NCBI GenBank assembly: GCA_001179505.1
Contig: CDMY01000251.1
Coordinates: 84,333-148,332 of the forward strand
Direction: 5' to 3'
Source of the DNA: Vitrella brassicaformis CCMP3155
Lineage: Eukaryota; Protista; Chromerida
Length of the DNA stretch: 64,000 nucleotides
Positions 37,324 to 49,879 of the stretch are shown here, in pieces; position 1 is the stretch's first letter; each line of letters opens with the position of its first letter. A program made the translations under genes and the position numbers. The notes under the pieces were generated by a model. It saw only the letters and a list, made by a program, of their open reading frames with translations, searched no databases and was not told the origin of the DNA.

Positions 37324-39414
37324 TCACTGTGGTGTCGCTCTTGCATCCTCCTGATGCCTCGTCTCGACATCAACCGACAACAGACCGTCCGCACGAATCG
37401 ACACCTGCACCCACACACACCATTATATGCAACACAATCCATCCATCCATCAGTCCCGCCTGCATCCGCCCTTCTCACCTTTTTTCGCCTTTCTTGCTGC
37501 TCGGGGTCGGAGGCTTCCGCCCCCTCGTCAACTTCGATGGACGCCCTGTAGCCATCCTCCTGGTCAGTCAGCTCGATGACGATCGGCGGTGATGTCTGTG
37601 TGAGCCCAAGGTCCTCAAGAGATGTGGCGTATCTCTTGTAGAAGCTGTGGTAGTCCACTTGATAGTGATACACCTGCAGCAGGGACTCCTGCACACACAG
37701 ACAAGAGAGAGAGAAACCTTATGTGTGTCTGTCTGGGGTGTGGTGTGGTGTGTGTGTTGTGGGCCTGAAGCTTGTTGTGCTGTGCTGTGTGGGTCACTTT
37801 GTGGTCGAAGAGAGGGTCTGGGATGGAAGGGTCTGCCTCGCTGCTGGGCGACTCTGCAAAGACGACAAAGCCCCACCTCTCCGGCCGGTGCATGTTGACG
37901 ATGCCTGCACCACACACACACACAAGTGTGCATTTGGTGTGTCCCTCAATCCGTTGTCCCCATCTAATCAGTCACTCGCCTTGTGGCGTCCATGTCCAGT
38001 TGTCCTCTGGGGGCTTTTTAACGTACGAGCCGTTCACCACCTCCAGCGGCCACTGACACGACAACAGCGCACACACAGCATACATACAGCAACGTCAGTC
38101 AAGCCCCATCGTCTGACTGACACGGTCGGTCGGCAGCTCTCCCACCCACCTCCACTCGGCTGAAGTTGATTCGCCACCAGTCGCCGGCCTTGGGCTTGGC
38201 CGCCTCCTGCCCGACCAACGCAAAGAGGTCCTTGAAGGGGAAGTGCGCCGTGATCCCCCAGCCAATGTCCGTGTCACTGGGGTCGTTCAGGCTGCCGTGC
38301 ACATCAGCTGACACACATAGCATAGAGAAGCAGACAGACAGAGAAAGAGAGAGACGAGTGTCCATGTGTGTATGTATGTGTATGTGTGTAGCCCTATGCG
38401 ACAGCGGACGCACCCCTCCATGCATCTATCTGCATCTACGGGCGGCCCGGCTTTAATAAGGCACACACCAAGTTTGGTGACCGCTGTTCCCTCCCTTTGA
38501 CACCTTGCCCTTCACATCATGCTCTAGGAAGGCAACGCCAGAAGGGCTCACTGTCTGTCTGTCTGCAAACCTGCCTGGCCGCCTGCGTCATGTGTGTGTG
38601 TATTCCCTTCACTCACTTACTGCCTGTCTGGATATTGGGCAGGTTGAATGTGGTAGGGCTGCCTCCATCGCTGTAGGGCTTGTCAAGGGTCAGCTCCCAC
38701 CGGATGTTGTTGGCATTGACCTCGTACTCGTAGTAATGGTGTGTGGAGCCGTCGCAGTTGATGAAGACCTCAAAGTCATGGTCGTAGTGGAATATGTACT
38801 GGTTGATCTCCGTGGCCTCAGCCATCAGGTGGGGCTCGTCCATCCAGCTGCCCACCCACAGACCAGAATCGTCCCACATCATCTTGACGCGCTGACACAC
38901 AGACAGCACCACACACAACAGACATCAACGTCACATAACATCCACAGCACAGCGTGTCTGTGGATCGGATCTGCCTGCGTGGCGTGGCGTGGCGGTGCCC
39001 CGGCCTGGCTGGCCTGTTTGTTTCTCACCCACCCACCGTGTTGTATCGGGGCATCGGCTTCGCTTCCCCTTCAATATCGGCGAAGAGGGTGCTCCACGGT
39101 GCGTGCTCCCACGCGCTGTCGTTGACTCTGCCATCGGCCTTTGGGCCGTCGTCATTCTTGACAGGTGGCGCCACGTACACCAGCGGCCGGATGGCCTTCA
39201 TCTTCTCCCACATGGCGTACCTCTCGCCGTGCCATTCCATCGTTGCTGCAGTGGCTGCCCGACACGCGACGAGGGAGCCTCTCGGCTGGTTGCTGCAGCC
39301 CAATGACGGAACGAAGGCAGATCTCGCGACGGCCGCAAGGTGAGCTGCAAGGACCAGCGGCAACAGGGAGAGCCGAAAGTCCACAACACTTTTGTCAGGG
39401 AAGAGAACAGCCAT
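37324..39414 (-). CDS. CBM9-like carbohydrate-binding protein with a signal peptide and transit-peptide-like leader, multi-exon
   Basis: DGRVNDSAWEHAPWSTLFADIEGEAKPMPRYNT-RVKMMWDD, DFEVFINCDGSTHHYYEYEVNANNIRWELTLDKPYSDGG, HGSLNDPSDTDIGW, WRINFSRVEW, NMHRPERWGFVVF follow the bacterial CBM9-like family pattern. Confidence 0.85.
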
Positions 39415-40076
39415 AAGCTGATGATGGCGACTACACCACAGGGCACCGCTCCGGAATGCGAGCCGAAACAATGGCGAGCTGAGCAGCACCGGGTGCATCC
39501 GATTTCTCCAGTGCAAACAGGCCTGGGAGGGGTGGCGCCATGGTCCGGGTATGTCCAGTGGTGCGTACGGCAGAACGGCGCATGATTTCGTGTCTCCTTT
39601 CGAGAGACACGTTGCGGCCGTTACGTGTACACGAGCGTTGGGCTTTGTTTGACCCGACAGGGAGGAGAGAGGGTTGCCTGTTTGGTTTTTGTGTTTGAGT
39701 ATCGCTTGATTTGTGGAGCCTGTCGAGGCGCCTGTCTGTCTAGTGTTAGTACTGACTGTCTGACTGACTCCCTCTCTCTCCCTCCCTGTGTCCCCGCCCC
39801 GGCCTGCCTCTTGTGCAGATTCAGCGCCGCTGACATCTGCACATCCGCCTGTGTACAGCCTGTAGGTAGCCCAGCCCCCTTCTCTCTGTATATACAGCCA
39901 ATTAGAGGCGCGGCACCGTCATCGGCTCTGCCGCTTTGCCTTGCCCCTCACTCTCCCTGCTACTCCCCGCCCTCTTCGGTTCGGTTCAAAGGTTGGTCGG
40001 CTGTCAGCTGTTTTGCGGAGGCGGCGACCACCTCCCTGCCTGTGTATAGCTTTCCAAGGGCTTCAGTGAGCACCCG

Positions 40077-43000
40077 ATGGGGAGGGACTTTCGGCGGCGC
40101 GGTCTTGGGCGTTGGGGCGGGGTGGTACTGTCACTGCTATTTAAAATCGCATTTCTCAGTGCCGTGATGGCACAAGGACCAGGTCAGCCACACACACCCA
40201 CACACCCACGTGCCCACCCACATACGCCTGCGTGTGCGCGTCGTGTCTGTCTGTGTCCCTTTGCGTTCGTCACTTCAGAGTGTGCTCTTGAGGCTGATTT
40301 GGACTACGCCAAGGACTCTGATGCCGACATCAAGGGGGCGACCAACGGCTTCCCCGACTACCTCAACTGCGCCGACTGGTGCGCGGCGACGGCCGGGTGC
40401 GAGTACTGGGTGCACGTCGACATGGGCGACGACGGCATGTGCTGGCTCAAGAGCCAACGGGAGCCCGTTGTGGCGACACCAGAGGAGGACGGCAGGAAAC
40501 TGATGGCAGGCAACAAGGCCTGCGGCAATCCGGACAATGCCCCCATCGAAGGTACGTACGGCACGTCAAGGGGGGGTGGGGGTGGACGAAAAGACACACA
40601 GGCGCGGCTGATGGGTGTGTTGTTGTGCGGTTGCATTGATTGCAGCCACGACCCCCCCTGCTGCTGACGACGCGCCAGCAGAGGAGGGTGAACCTGCAGA
40701 GGAGGCCCCGGCAGAGGAGGAGGAGGAGCCGGTGGCAGACGCAGAGGCACCTCCTGGTGGTGCTGCTGCGGACGAGGCTTCCGAGTCGACCGATGACGCC
40801 GCCGGGTGCTTCTCGCTCAACACGGCATCCAGCTCAGAGGCTATCGAGCAATGGCATTATGACGTGGTCGAGAAGGGTTACCAGGTACCACACACACAGG
40901 GGGATGTCGGGCGCGATTGTGTGACGTCTGCCCATCTCTCTCTCTCTCTCTCTCTCCCCGTACGTTCTGTGTGCAGACGCCTTACTGGTGCCAAGTGCGG
41001 TGTATGGGCAACCCCGACTGCAACTTCTTTGTCTACCAGTTCAAGCAGGGACACTACCACGACGAAGGTACTGTGCTTACTGCACGCGCTGTCATGGCCA
41101 GCTAGCTATCGAGACCTCGATCAACAAACACGCGTTCGTTGCCTTTTCCTTTTTCTCAGCGACCCACGATGTCAACGAAGTTGACTGTTTCCTGTTCGCT
41201 GACGAGAGCGGCACTTACACGCCCGACGAGAACCCCGACCTTGAGTTTGTCTTCGGGCCCAAATACTGCCCCGGACAGGGTACCGTACCACTCTCACACA
41301 CACCATACACACACACACACACTACAAATACACACAACCGGCACGACAGACGCCATTTGTTTCTCTCTTTACTTCACCACTCTTCCTTCCTTCGTTCAGA
41401 GCGTGAGAGTTGGACGGCGGCTGTGGAGGAGTGGCCGCTGCGTATCAATGTGGGCGGTGCGCCGCACGAGGACGTCTACGACAAGAAGTGGCAGCAGGAC
41501 AGGTACTTCACCACCGACTCCGGCTTCGCCAACATCTACAACGAATACAGATTCGTAAGACAACATAACTTATTGCTCACACCAACACATCCACCCACAC
41601 ACCCACCCATACACACACACCACACCAATGAGACAGACACTCTAGTGTCTGTCATTCCCACCATCCATCCCCTCTCTTGTGGCTGCGCTGCGTGGGTGCG
41701 CTCAGTATCTGTCCTTGCCCATGGAGCCGCTGGCCCACACGGGTCGTGAGGATTTCATTTACTCGATCCCCGTCGAGTCCCCCGTGGCTGTCGTGGTCAA
41801 CCTCTACTTCGCAGAAGTCATCCACAAGGAGACCGTCGGCAACCGAGTGCAGAACGTCTTCGTCGAGGGCAACCAGGTGCTCACCAACTTCGACATATTC
41901 GAGACAGCCGCCATCCTCATCGCCCCGGACGCTCCCAAGGTCTGTACCACAGACAGACAGACAGACAGGAAGGCGGACTGTCCATCATCTGTGCTGTGTG
42001 TATGGGATGGGTTCGGGGGTGTCTGTCTCTCTCAGGAGGTCAATTTTGATGTGACGGACACGGCGACGCAGGAGGTGGTCGGCAACTCGACGGTGGTGAG
42101 CTACAACGGCCCCAACGAGCCCTTCGGCACGATTGTCAAGGTGGAGACCCCCATGGTCATCATCGAGGACGGCACGATCGACATCAATGGCGAGGCCGTC
42201 ACGGGCAAGACGTGGCTCACAGCCATCGAGATCTACGCCACTGAAGTCGTCCTCGACATCGCTGTCACTGCCGAGAAGGCCACTCAGACCGAGCCCTTCA
42301 CCGCTATCGCATTTGTGCCAGGCACACCCACACAGGTGCGCCGGCCAAGAGCCATTCATTATGTGTGTCGGCTGGGCTGGGCGAGATGGGCCTGCCCTGC
42401 TTGTATGTCTGTCAGACATTGACAATTGAGAACAAGGACAGCCGCGACTCGAAGCTGACGATGTCTTTCGATGGCGGCAACGCCGATGAGTTCAGCGTGG
42501 AGCCGGCCGAGGTGACCCTCAAGGCTGGAGAGACATCCACAATCGAGGTCACATGGACCGGGGCGTCGTCAGCCACCGGACCTGTCGTCACCTCACTCAA
42601 GCTCTCCAAACACGTACGCACACTCAGACGGCCACGTGACGTGACGTGGATGGGGAGGGCATACGAGACGTGATGCCTGCATGTAATGTGTGTGTGCAGC
42701 TTCGCGTGTTGATATCGGGAGACATAGACGAGAAGGAGCCCAATCTGGGGGTGCAGGGCGACATGCAGATGGGTCTCATCACCCCGCTGAGCTTCGGCGG
42801 CAGCGGCAAGGGCATCCAGGCCCCCCTCACCTCCAACAAGACCGCGACCATCACACGCGTCGTGTCCTTCGGGTCAGAGGAGGCCATCACCGTCTCCGTG
42901 CCGGGCGAGTTCACCGTGGCCGGCTCAGACGACGTGGCCCTCACCAAGCCGCTGGAGATCGGCTCCAAGGGCACCCCGATGCGCATCAGCTTCGCGGCCC

Positions 43001-46000
43001 AGGACGCCGGTGACTTCGAGCTGATAGTAGCCTTCATCGGCTCCGACTTCCAGACTCGGTTCATGACGGTGACTGGCCGTAGTGTCAAGAAGGGCGAGCC
43101 GCACTACCTGCACCCGGTGCTGGACTTGCCGCCGGGCGGCTACGTGGTGGACTATGACGGCGATGGCAAGGAGAAGATCCTCCTCATGGGCCACTTCTCC
43201 CACACACACGAACCCAAAATGGTCAGGCAGCCGGCAAACACAAAGGGATAGGTGCCTACATGCCCTTGTCGGCTGTGTGTGTGTGTGTGTGTGCATACAG
43301 AATGTGGAGAAGTGGACGTTCAACGTCAACGGCCAGGTGGTGTCGAGCAGCGACGAGAAGGACATCACAGAAGAGTACGACCTCGGCGTCTACACCGTCC
43401 AGCTCGACATCACTGACATGGAGGGCAAGTCGCTCGCAGACACGGGAAGGTACGGTACGCACGGACATTTCACAGCCCTTCTCCTCTCCAGCTGTCCCAC
43501 CCCAGACGCTCACGACGGTCTTTGTTGTGTCTGCAGTGTTGCGGTGGTTGCCATCGACAAGGTGCCAGGGTGTGCGGCCTTCATCTACAAGCCGTCGGTG
43601 TCTCAGCTCAACGAGTTCTTCAAGGCCCCTCTGGACGGCATCAACTTGAAGGGCAGCTCGGGCACCCTCGAGCCCCGCTGGATCGGCAGCAGTCTCGAGA
43701 ACGGCTGCGAGTTCAAGCCCGACATCCGCAGCAACCAGATCATGGGATCTCCCTTCAAGCAGGACCTCATCCTGCGAGCCAAGGGTGTGCTGGAGGTCAA
43801 CGACGACATGAAGAATGGCAAGGGGGAGGTGATGCTGGCCGTCACCGCGGAGGCGGCGGTCAAGACGATGCTGTGGCTCAACGGCAAGTCGGTGTCGCTC
43901 AGCAAGGGCAAGGCCAAGGCCAAACTCGCCAACGGACCGCAGGAGTTCGAGATCAGCTGGCTCATCAGAGACCCCGCCTCAAAACCCCTCTCTGTAAGCA
44001 CACACCCACCCACCCACCGCACATGCCCCTGGGGCATGCCGGTCTATTGCGTCGTGTCCTGTCTCCATCCACAGCTGCACACCAAGGGTGAGGCAACGGG
44101 CATGGACGAGGTGTCTCACAACCAGAAGGATTACCCCCCCTTCATCAATCGCATCACGCCCGCCAAGGGCCACGTGTCGGGCGGACAGAAGATCACCGTC
44201 GAGGGCGCCGGCTTCATGAACCCCGATGCGGCCAAGGGGGGCGTCTCGCTGCACTTCGGCGAGGCCGCCGTCGACTACCTCACCGACGAGCGCATCAGTG
44301 CCGTATCCGGGACCCAGATCGTCTACGAGATCCCACCAAATGTCGGTGGAGTGGGGACGACACATACGCAATCAGACGAGCACATGCGTCTGTTGTGTTG
44401 TGTGTCGTGTGTGGCTTTCTCCGGCAGGAGGAGACGGAGATCAGCGTGTCGGTGGAGACGCCTGTGGGCACGTCCAACGGCAAGCCGTTCGAGTACTCGA
44501 GCCGCGTGCCGCCGGCCATCAAGTGGACCAACGACACGACCCTCCTCTCGTTCGACAACGAGGACCCACTGAAGGACAACTTCATTGAGGAGTGGATCGG
44601 CTCCCTGACCCAGGGCGAGTTCGGCCCTGACCTCCGGCTGTACATGAGCGACATCGGCGGCGGCATCCGGTCGCTCAAGTTCACCAGCAACAGCGAGGTT
44701 GAGGAGGGCAGCATGATCGAGATCAACACCATCATGGACAAGTACCCAGGACACGCCATCACGGGCTTCGGATTCGACCCCTTTGAGGACCCCGAGAACC
44801 CTGCCATCTACGTCGCACACGCGCCCATGTTCTACTGGGTACACAACACACGGACGGCACCTGGCCTGGCCAGCCACACACAGATAGGTGCACACACTTG
44901 ACTGACGTCACATCCTTCTTTGCCTGCCTGGCTGCAGCAAAATGGCGACTGTTTCTCTCCGGAGAGTGACTACGCCGAGTTCATTGGCGTGTTGAGCAAG
45001 CTGACGGGCCCGCCCGACTTCAAGAACCACGAGGTGGTGGTGGACGGGCTGCCGATGTCCAACCACGACCACGGCATCAACGGCGTCTCGTTCGACAACA
45101 GCGGCAACCTCTTCTTCCCCATCGGAGCCATGACCAACATGGTACGCACGTCACCTCACTCACGTCACCTCTGTGCAGACAGACGTATGCTGACTCGTGG
45201 ATGGTACGGTTTGTGTGTGCACACCACCTGTCATGTATATCATCAGGGCTGGCCCGTGTGCATTTTGGGTGGCTTGCCCGAGAGCCACTACAGTTCGGCG
45301 GTGGTCAAGGTGGAGCTGAGGAACCCCAAGCGCACCAAGACCCTCGAGTGGGTCGACTACTTCACGCGGGAACTCATCGAGGAGCCCAACCAGGTCAGCT
45401 CACATCACTACACAACACAACACGCACACACGGGCCCTCAATCAAGAGGCTGACATGACCTCCCCCGTCTCTCTCTCCCTCTCTCCCTCTCTCCGTGACT
45501 GTGTGATTGCGTATGCAGGTTGTGGCTGACAACTACGACGTGGCCCCCTGGGTGACGGGCATATACCCCTACTCGTTCGGCTTCCGCAATGCCTACGATA
45601 CCGTCTACACGACGGGCGGCCAGCTGTGGGTCTCCCAAAACGGCTGGAACGAGGGCTACGGCCTCGCCATCAACGGACCGCCCCCCTCGGGGTGCGAGTA
45701 CGACGGATGGGACAAATCTTCATACGCCTCTGCCGAAAGAGGTACGTACCTGGGTAACGTGTGCCTGTGATGTGTGATGGATGTGATGGATGTGTGTAGG
45801 AATGAATCCGTTTTGGAAGGGCGAGGAGAAGTGTCTGCCGGTGCTGGCTGACGACTGGACTGACCCCGATCGCATCTTCGAGACGTTCTTCAACGCCTAC
45901 CACGGCCTCCCCAACGCCGCACGTGCGAGGAACATGGGTGACGACCGGCAGTGGTACGTCAAGGACGCCAACGCCCCGCACGACCCTCCCAAGTTCTACC

Positions 46001-49000
46001 AGGGATACTCATGGGAATCTTCCACCAACGGAATCGCCGAGTTCAGAGGTGAGGTGCGGTGGCCCGCCTGTGCCGTGCCTGTGCCTGTGTTGTGTCTCCA
46101 TCCATCCATCCATGCATCCATGCATCTGATTGTCACTTTGTCTGTCTGTCCAGGCAACTGCTTTGCGGGAGCGATGCGCGGTGACCTGTTGGGTGCCAAG
46201 TGGAACGGGTGGATATACCGGGTGGACATCCCCTACCTGCCCGAGGAGGAGGGCGAGGACGTCTACATCTCTCACCTCGAGGGCGGCGAGGTCGCCGGGC
46301 TCGAGGTCGTCTACGGCCCGGGGTGCAGTATCCTCACCCTCGACTACACCTACAACCACCTCAAGCACATCATGGCCGACGACGAGGACGCCAAGTCGAA
46401 CGCCGGACCTACCGCTTATGGTAGGGACTCCCGCACACACACACCCAGACACAGCAGAGAGCGCCCCACACTTGAGTCGAGTCGGTTTGTTTTCTCCCTT
46501 TGGTGACACCTTCCTTACCCGCAGATATCACGCCGTGGCGCGGCAACTACATCTACGAGCAGAAGGTCATTATCGGTGGCTACAACTTTAACGGTGAGGG
46601 CAAGACCAAACCCGATAACCCCCGCAAGGCCACCAAGTTCGTCATCCAGGGCGTCGACTGCACTATCGTCTCTCAAACCGTATGCACACGCGCACCGCAC
46701 TCGATTCGGCCTGGCCGCGGAGCCGTCTGTGTGTGTTGGTTGATGTGTTGATGCAGGACACGCGCATTGAGGGTGTGATTCCGGCCGTCGAGCAGCCCGC
46801 CCACGTGGAGGAGCTGGTGGACGTCATTGTGCACTTCGATGACGGCACCAAGACCGTGCTGCCCGACTCGTGGCTGTGGGCCAACCCCGGTCCGGCCCTC
46901 GAGCCCAAGCCGGCCCGTCCGGCCTGGCAAGAGATCGGCGAGGAGTGCTTCGACATGGACACCGACTACGCCAGGGACGCCGGTGCCGACATCGATGCGA
47001 TCGAGGGCGTCAAGAACTCGCTGGCCTGCCATCTGGAGTGCGCCAAGAACGCCGATTGCCAGTACTTCACGTTCAACAAGGCCGACAAGAACTGCTACCT
47101 CAAGGGCGCCAAGGAGCCCGTCGTCACCGAGGACACCGCCGGACTCATCTCAGGACCAAAGTTCTGCAGCGGTCAGTCAGTGTCATAGTGATGGAGCCAA
47201 CCACTTCGGCGGATAAAGAGACGTGCCTCTGTGTGTTGTGTGTGTGTGGGTGCTCTGTTGTGTGCAGGCATCGCGTCCGTGTGTTACGCCGATGGGTTTG
47301 AGATCATGCCCGGCGAGGGCGGTACGCTCAAGGTCAATGACACGGTGGCCCTGCCGGAGGGAACCGACCACACAGCCTGCCCGGCGCTGTGTGTGGAGCC
47401 CCAGTGCACGCACTTCGTCTACACCGAGGCCACCTGCCAGGTCATCGGCTCGGACGAGAACAAGACGGCCGCCTTCATCACTCCCGCAGAGAGCGCAGAG
47501 AGCTGCGCAGAGGGCGAGACGTTCGTGCCACCCACCTGCACGCTCATGAAGATCTCCGGACCCAAGGCAGAACCCAAAATCAACGTCCGTCAGCCCAGCC
47601 CAGCAAACCACGGCGGACACACGTCATCCATTCACATCGCTGGCTGCGTGTGTGAATGTGTGTTTAGAATGGTTGGTACAAGACGGTGTCTGGCCCTGCT
47701 GACTGCCCGGGCCGCTCCGCCCTCAACGAGACGGAGGCTGCCGACGAGGCCGAGACCAAGTGCCCCGACGACTTCAAGCCCATCGGCGGCAAGTGCTACC
47801 AGATCGTCTTCGACCGCAAGACATTCGACGAGGCCGCCGCCATCTGCAAACTCATGGGAGACGACGTCGTCCTTGCCCAGCCCAAGACTGAGGAGGACAG
47901 CGCCGCCCTCGCCACACTGTGGTGCGACGGGTCGGAGGCTCGCGACTGCACCGTCCCCGTCGGCGGCACCAACGACGTGCAGTACTTCATCGGCGTGCAG
48001 AAGAGCGGCGACGCCTGGCAGTGGCTGGACGGGGCCGCGGCCTCTTACACGGACTTCGACGACTCCCTTACCGCTGCTGGCGGCTCCTGTGGAATTTTCC
48101 ATGTACGCACGGCACGGCACGGCACGCACCAAAGGCAACAAATCAATCTCGCTCACCCATCCCTGACTCCATCCATCCATCCATCCCCTGCCTCTGGGTG
48201 TCTCTTCTGTCGTGGTGTGGTGTGTTGTGTGTCAGTCGATGGCCACGGACGGCACCCCTCTGGGCAAGTGGGGCAGCATTGACTGCGCGGAGCCGCGGTT
48301 CTTCGTGTGTGAGCTCGACCTCGACCCACCAGCCGCCCCCAAGAAGGACACCAGCGAGGGAGATGAGAGTGGCGAGGAGACCGACACAGACACGGCGGAG
48401 ACCAAAGCTGAGGAGGAGGAGTCGGGAGAGGAGAGCGACGTGGTGTCCGTCAAGAAGAGCAAGGACGCCCCTGCCGCACAAGGGCCCAAGATTGGGGCAG
48501 AGGACAAGAAGGCCTCACCGGCCGTCGGCGACAAGACCGAGCCAGCGGACAACGACATGGACGGCAGCAAAGGCAAGAGTGACAGCGACAGCGACAGCGA
48601 CGATAGCAGCGACAAGCAGGAGAAGAGCACCAAGGTGGTCGACCACCAGAGCAATGAGGAGAAGGATGGCGTTGAGGGCAGCGACGCTGAGGACAGCGGC
48701 TCCGTGGCAGACGAGGAGGACGCGTCGGCGGCCAAGGGCAAGGTGCTGGCTTTGCGCATCAAGAGCATCGACCTCAAGGACATCAAGGGCACGGCAGCGA
48801 CCGAGTCGTTCAAGAAGTCGGTGCAGACGGCCATCGCCAGCGACTTCCACCTCGGCGACCCGTCGGCCGTCCAAATCCGGTCACTCATCAAGCCACATGT
48901 CATCGTCCTCTTCTCGTAAGCACACCCACAAGACCCAAGACACACACACCTGCTCTCATGTCTCTCTCTCTCCGTCTGATCTGATTTGCTCAGGGTGCCT

Positions 49001-49871
49001 GTTGGGGAGTCTTACGCCTACAAGACGCTCGCGGCAGCTGCCACTCAGCTGGACAAGGCCAAGGCGGACCCCAAGAGCGTCATCAACAGGTCCTTCAAGA
49101 TCGACCACGACTACCCATCCGTCAAGGACACAACAGCCACCATCAAGACCACACCCAAACGGCCATCAGCCGACACAGCAGACGCACCAACCAGCAGCAA
49201 AAAGGACTCCGGCAGCAACAGCAACGACGCGCCCGTCAAGACAATCAAGGAGGGAAGCCTCGGTGCGTCGATCGACGGCGAGGACTTGCCGGGCAGCGCC
49301 GAGACCAAGGGCCTCCCGGGGTGGTGGTACATCGTCCTCGGTGCCTGCATCCTGCTGGCCATTCTGGCTGTGGCTGCTGTGGTGCTTCGTCTGTGGTGCT
49401 TCAACAACAAGTCGCAGGAGCTGCACGACGACCACAGCGACGGCAAGCGCATCAACATCGAGGACGGCCGGATGACCGAGACGCCCCAAAGCGACATGGT
49501 GGAGAGCAGCGACGACGGCCACGGCGGCCATGGCAATGCGGCCCACCAGCACCAGATGGTGAGCATGCGTCAGAGGAGCAGGACGCCGGAGGGCCAGCAG
49601 CAGATGGATGTGAGGAGCACCAACAGGCAGATGCACATAATGCGGCAGCACGAGCCGGTGCACGGCCAGGCGGCGCAGCAAATCCCTAGTCCCACAATCC
49701 TCAAATCGGTATGTATTATGACAGACAGACAGACAGACAACCAGCCAGCCAGCAACCAGCAACCGAACTGAGTACGTGGATGTCTGGGTGCTCTGTCTCT
49801 GTCTGTGTCTGTGTCAGATTGTGGTGAATCAGGCGACGTCGCCGCCCGGGGCCTCCCATCTAGAATACTAG
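40077..49871 (+). CDS. Very large type I membrane surface protein: signal peptide, PAN/Apple x2, malectin, Ig/IPT-like repeats, glucose/sorbosone (PQQ-type) dehydrogenase-like propeller, IPT, PAN x2, C-type lectin, acidic stalk, TM, cytoplasmic tail
   Basis: Over 20 GT-AG exons. Malectin-like LRINVGG...VNLYFAEV...LTNFDIF...LTAIEI. IPT-like PFINRITPAKGHVSGGQKITVEGAGF. GLPMSNHDHGINGVSFDNSGNL and GFRNAYD. PAN CHLECAKNADCQYFTFNKADKNCYLK. CTL WQWLDG...WGSIDC..PRFFVCE. TM WWYIVLGACILLAILAVAAVVL. Confidence 0.8.
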
Positions 49872-49879
49872 ATGGGCAG

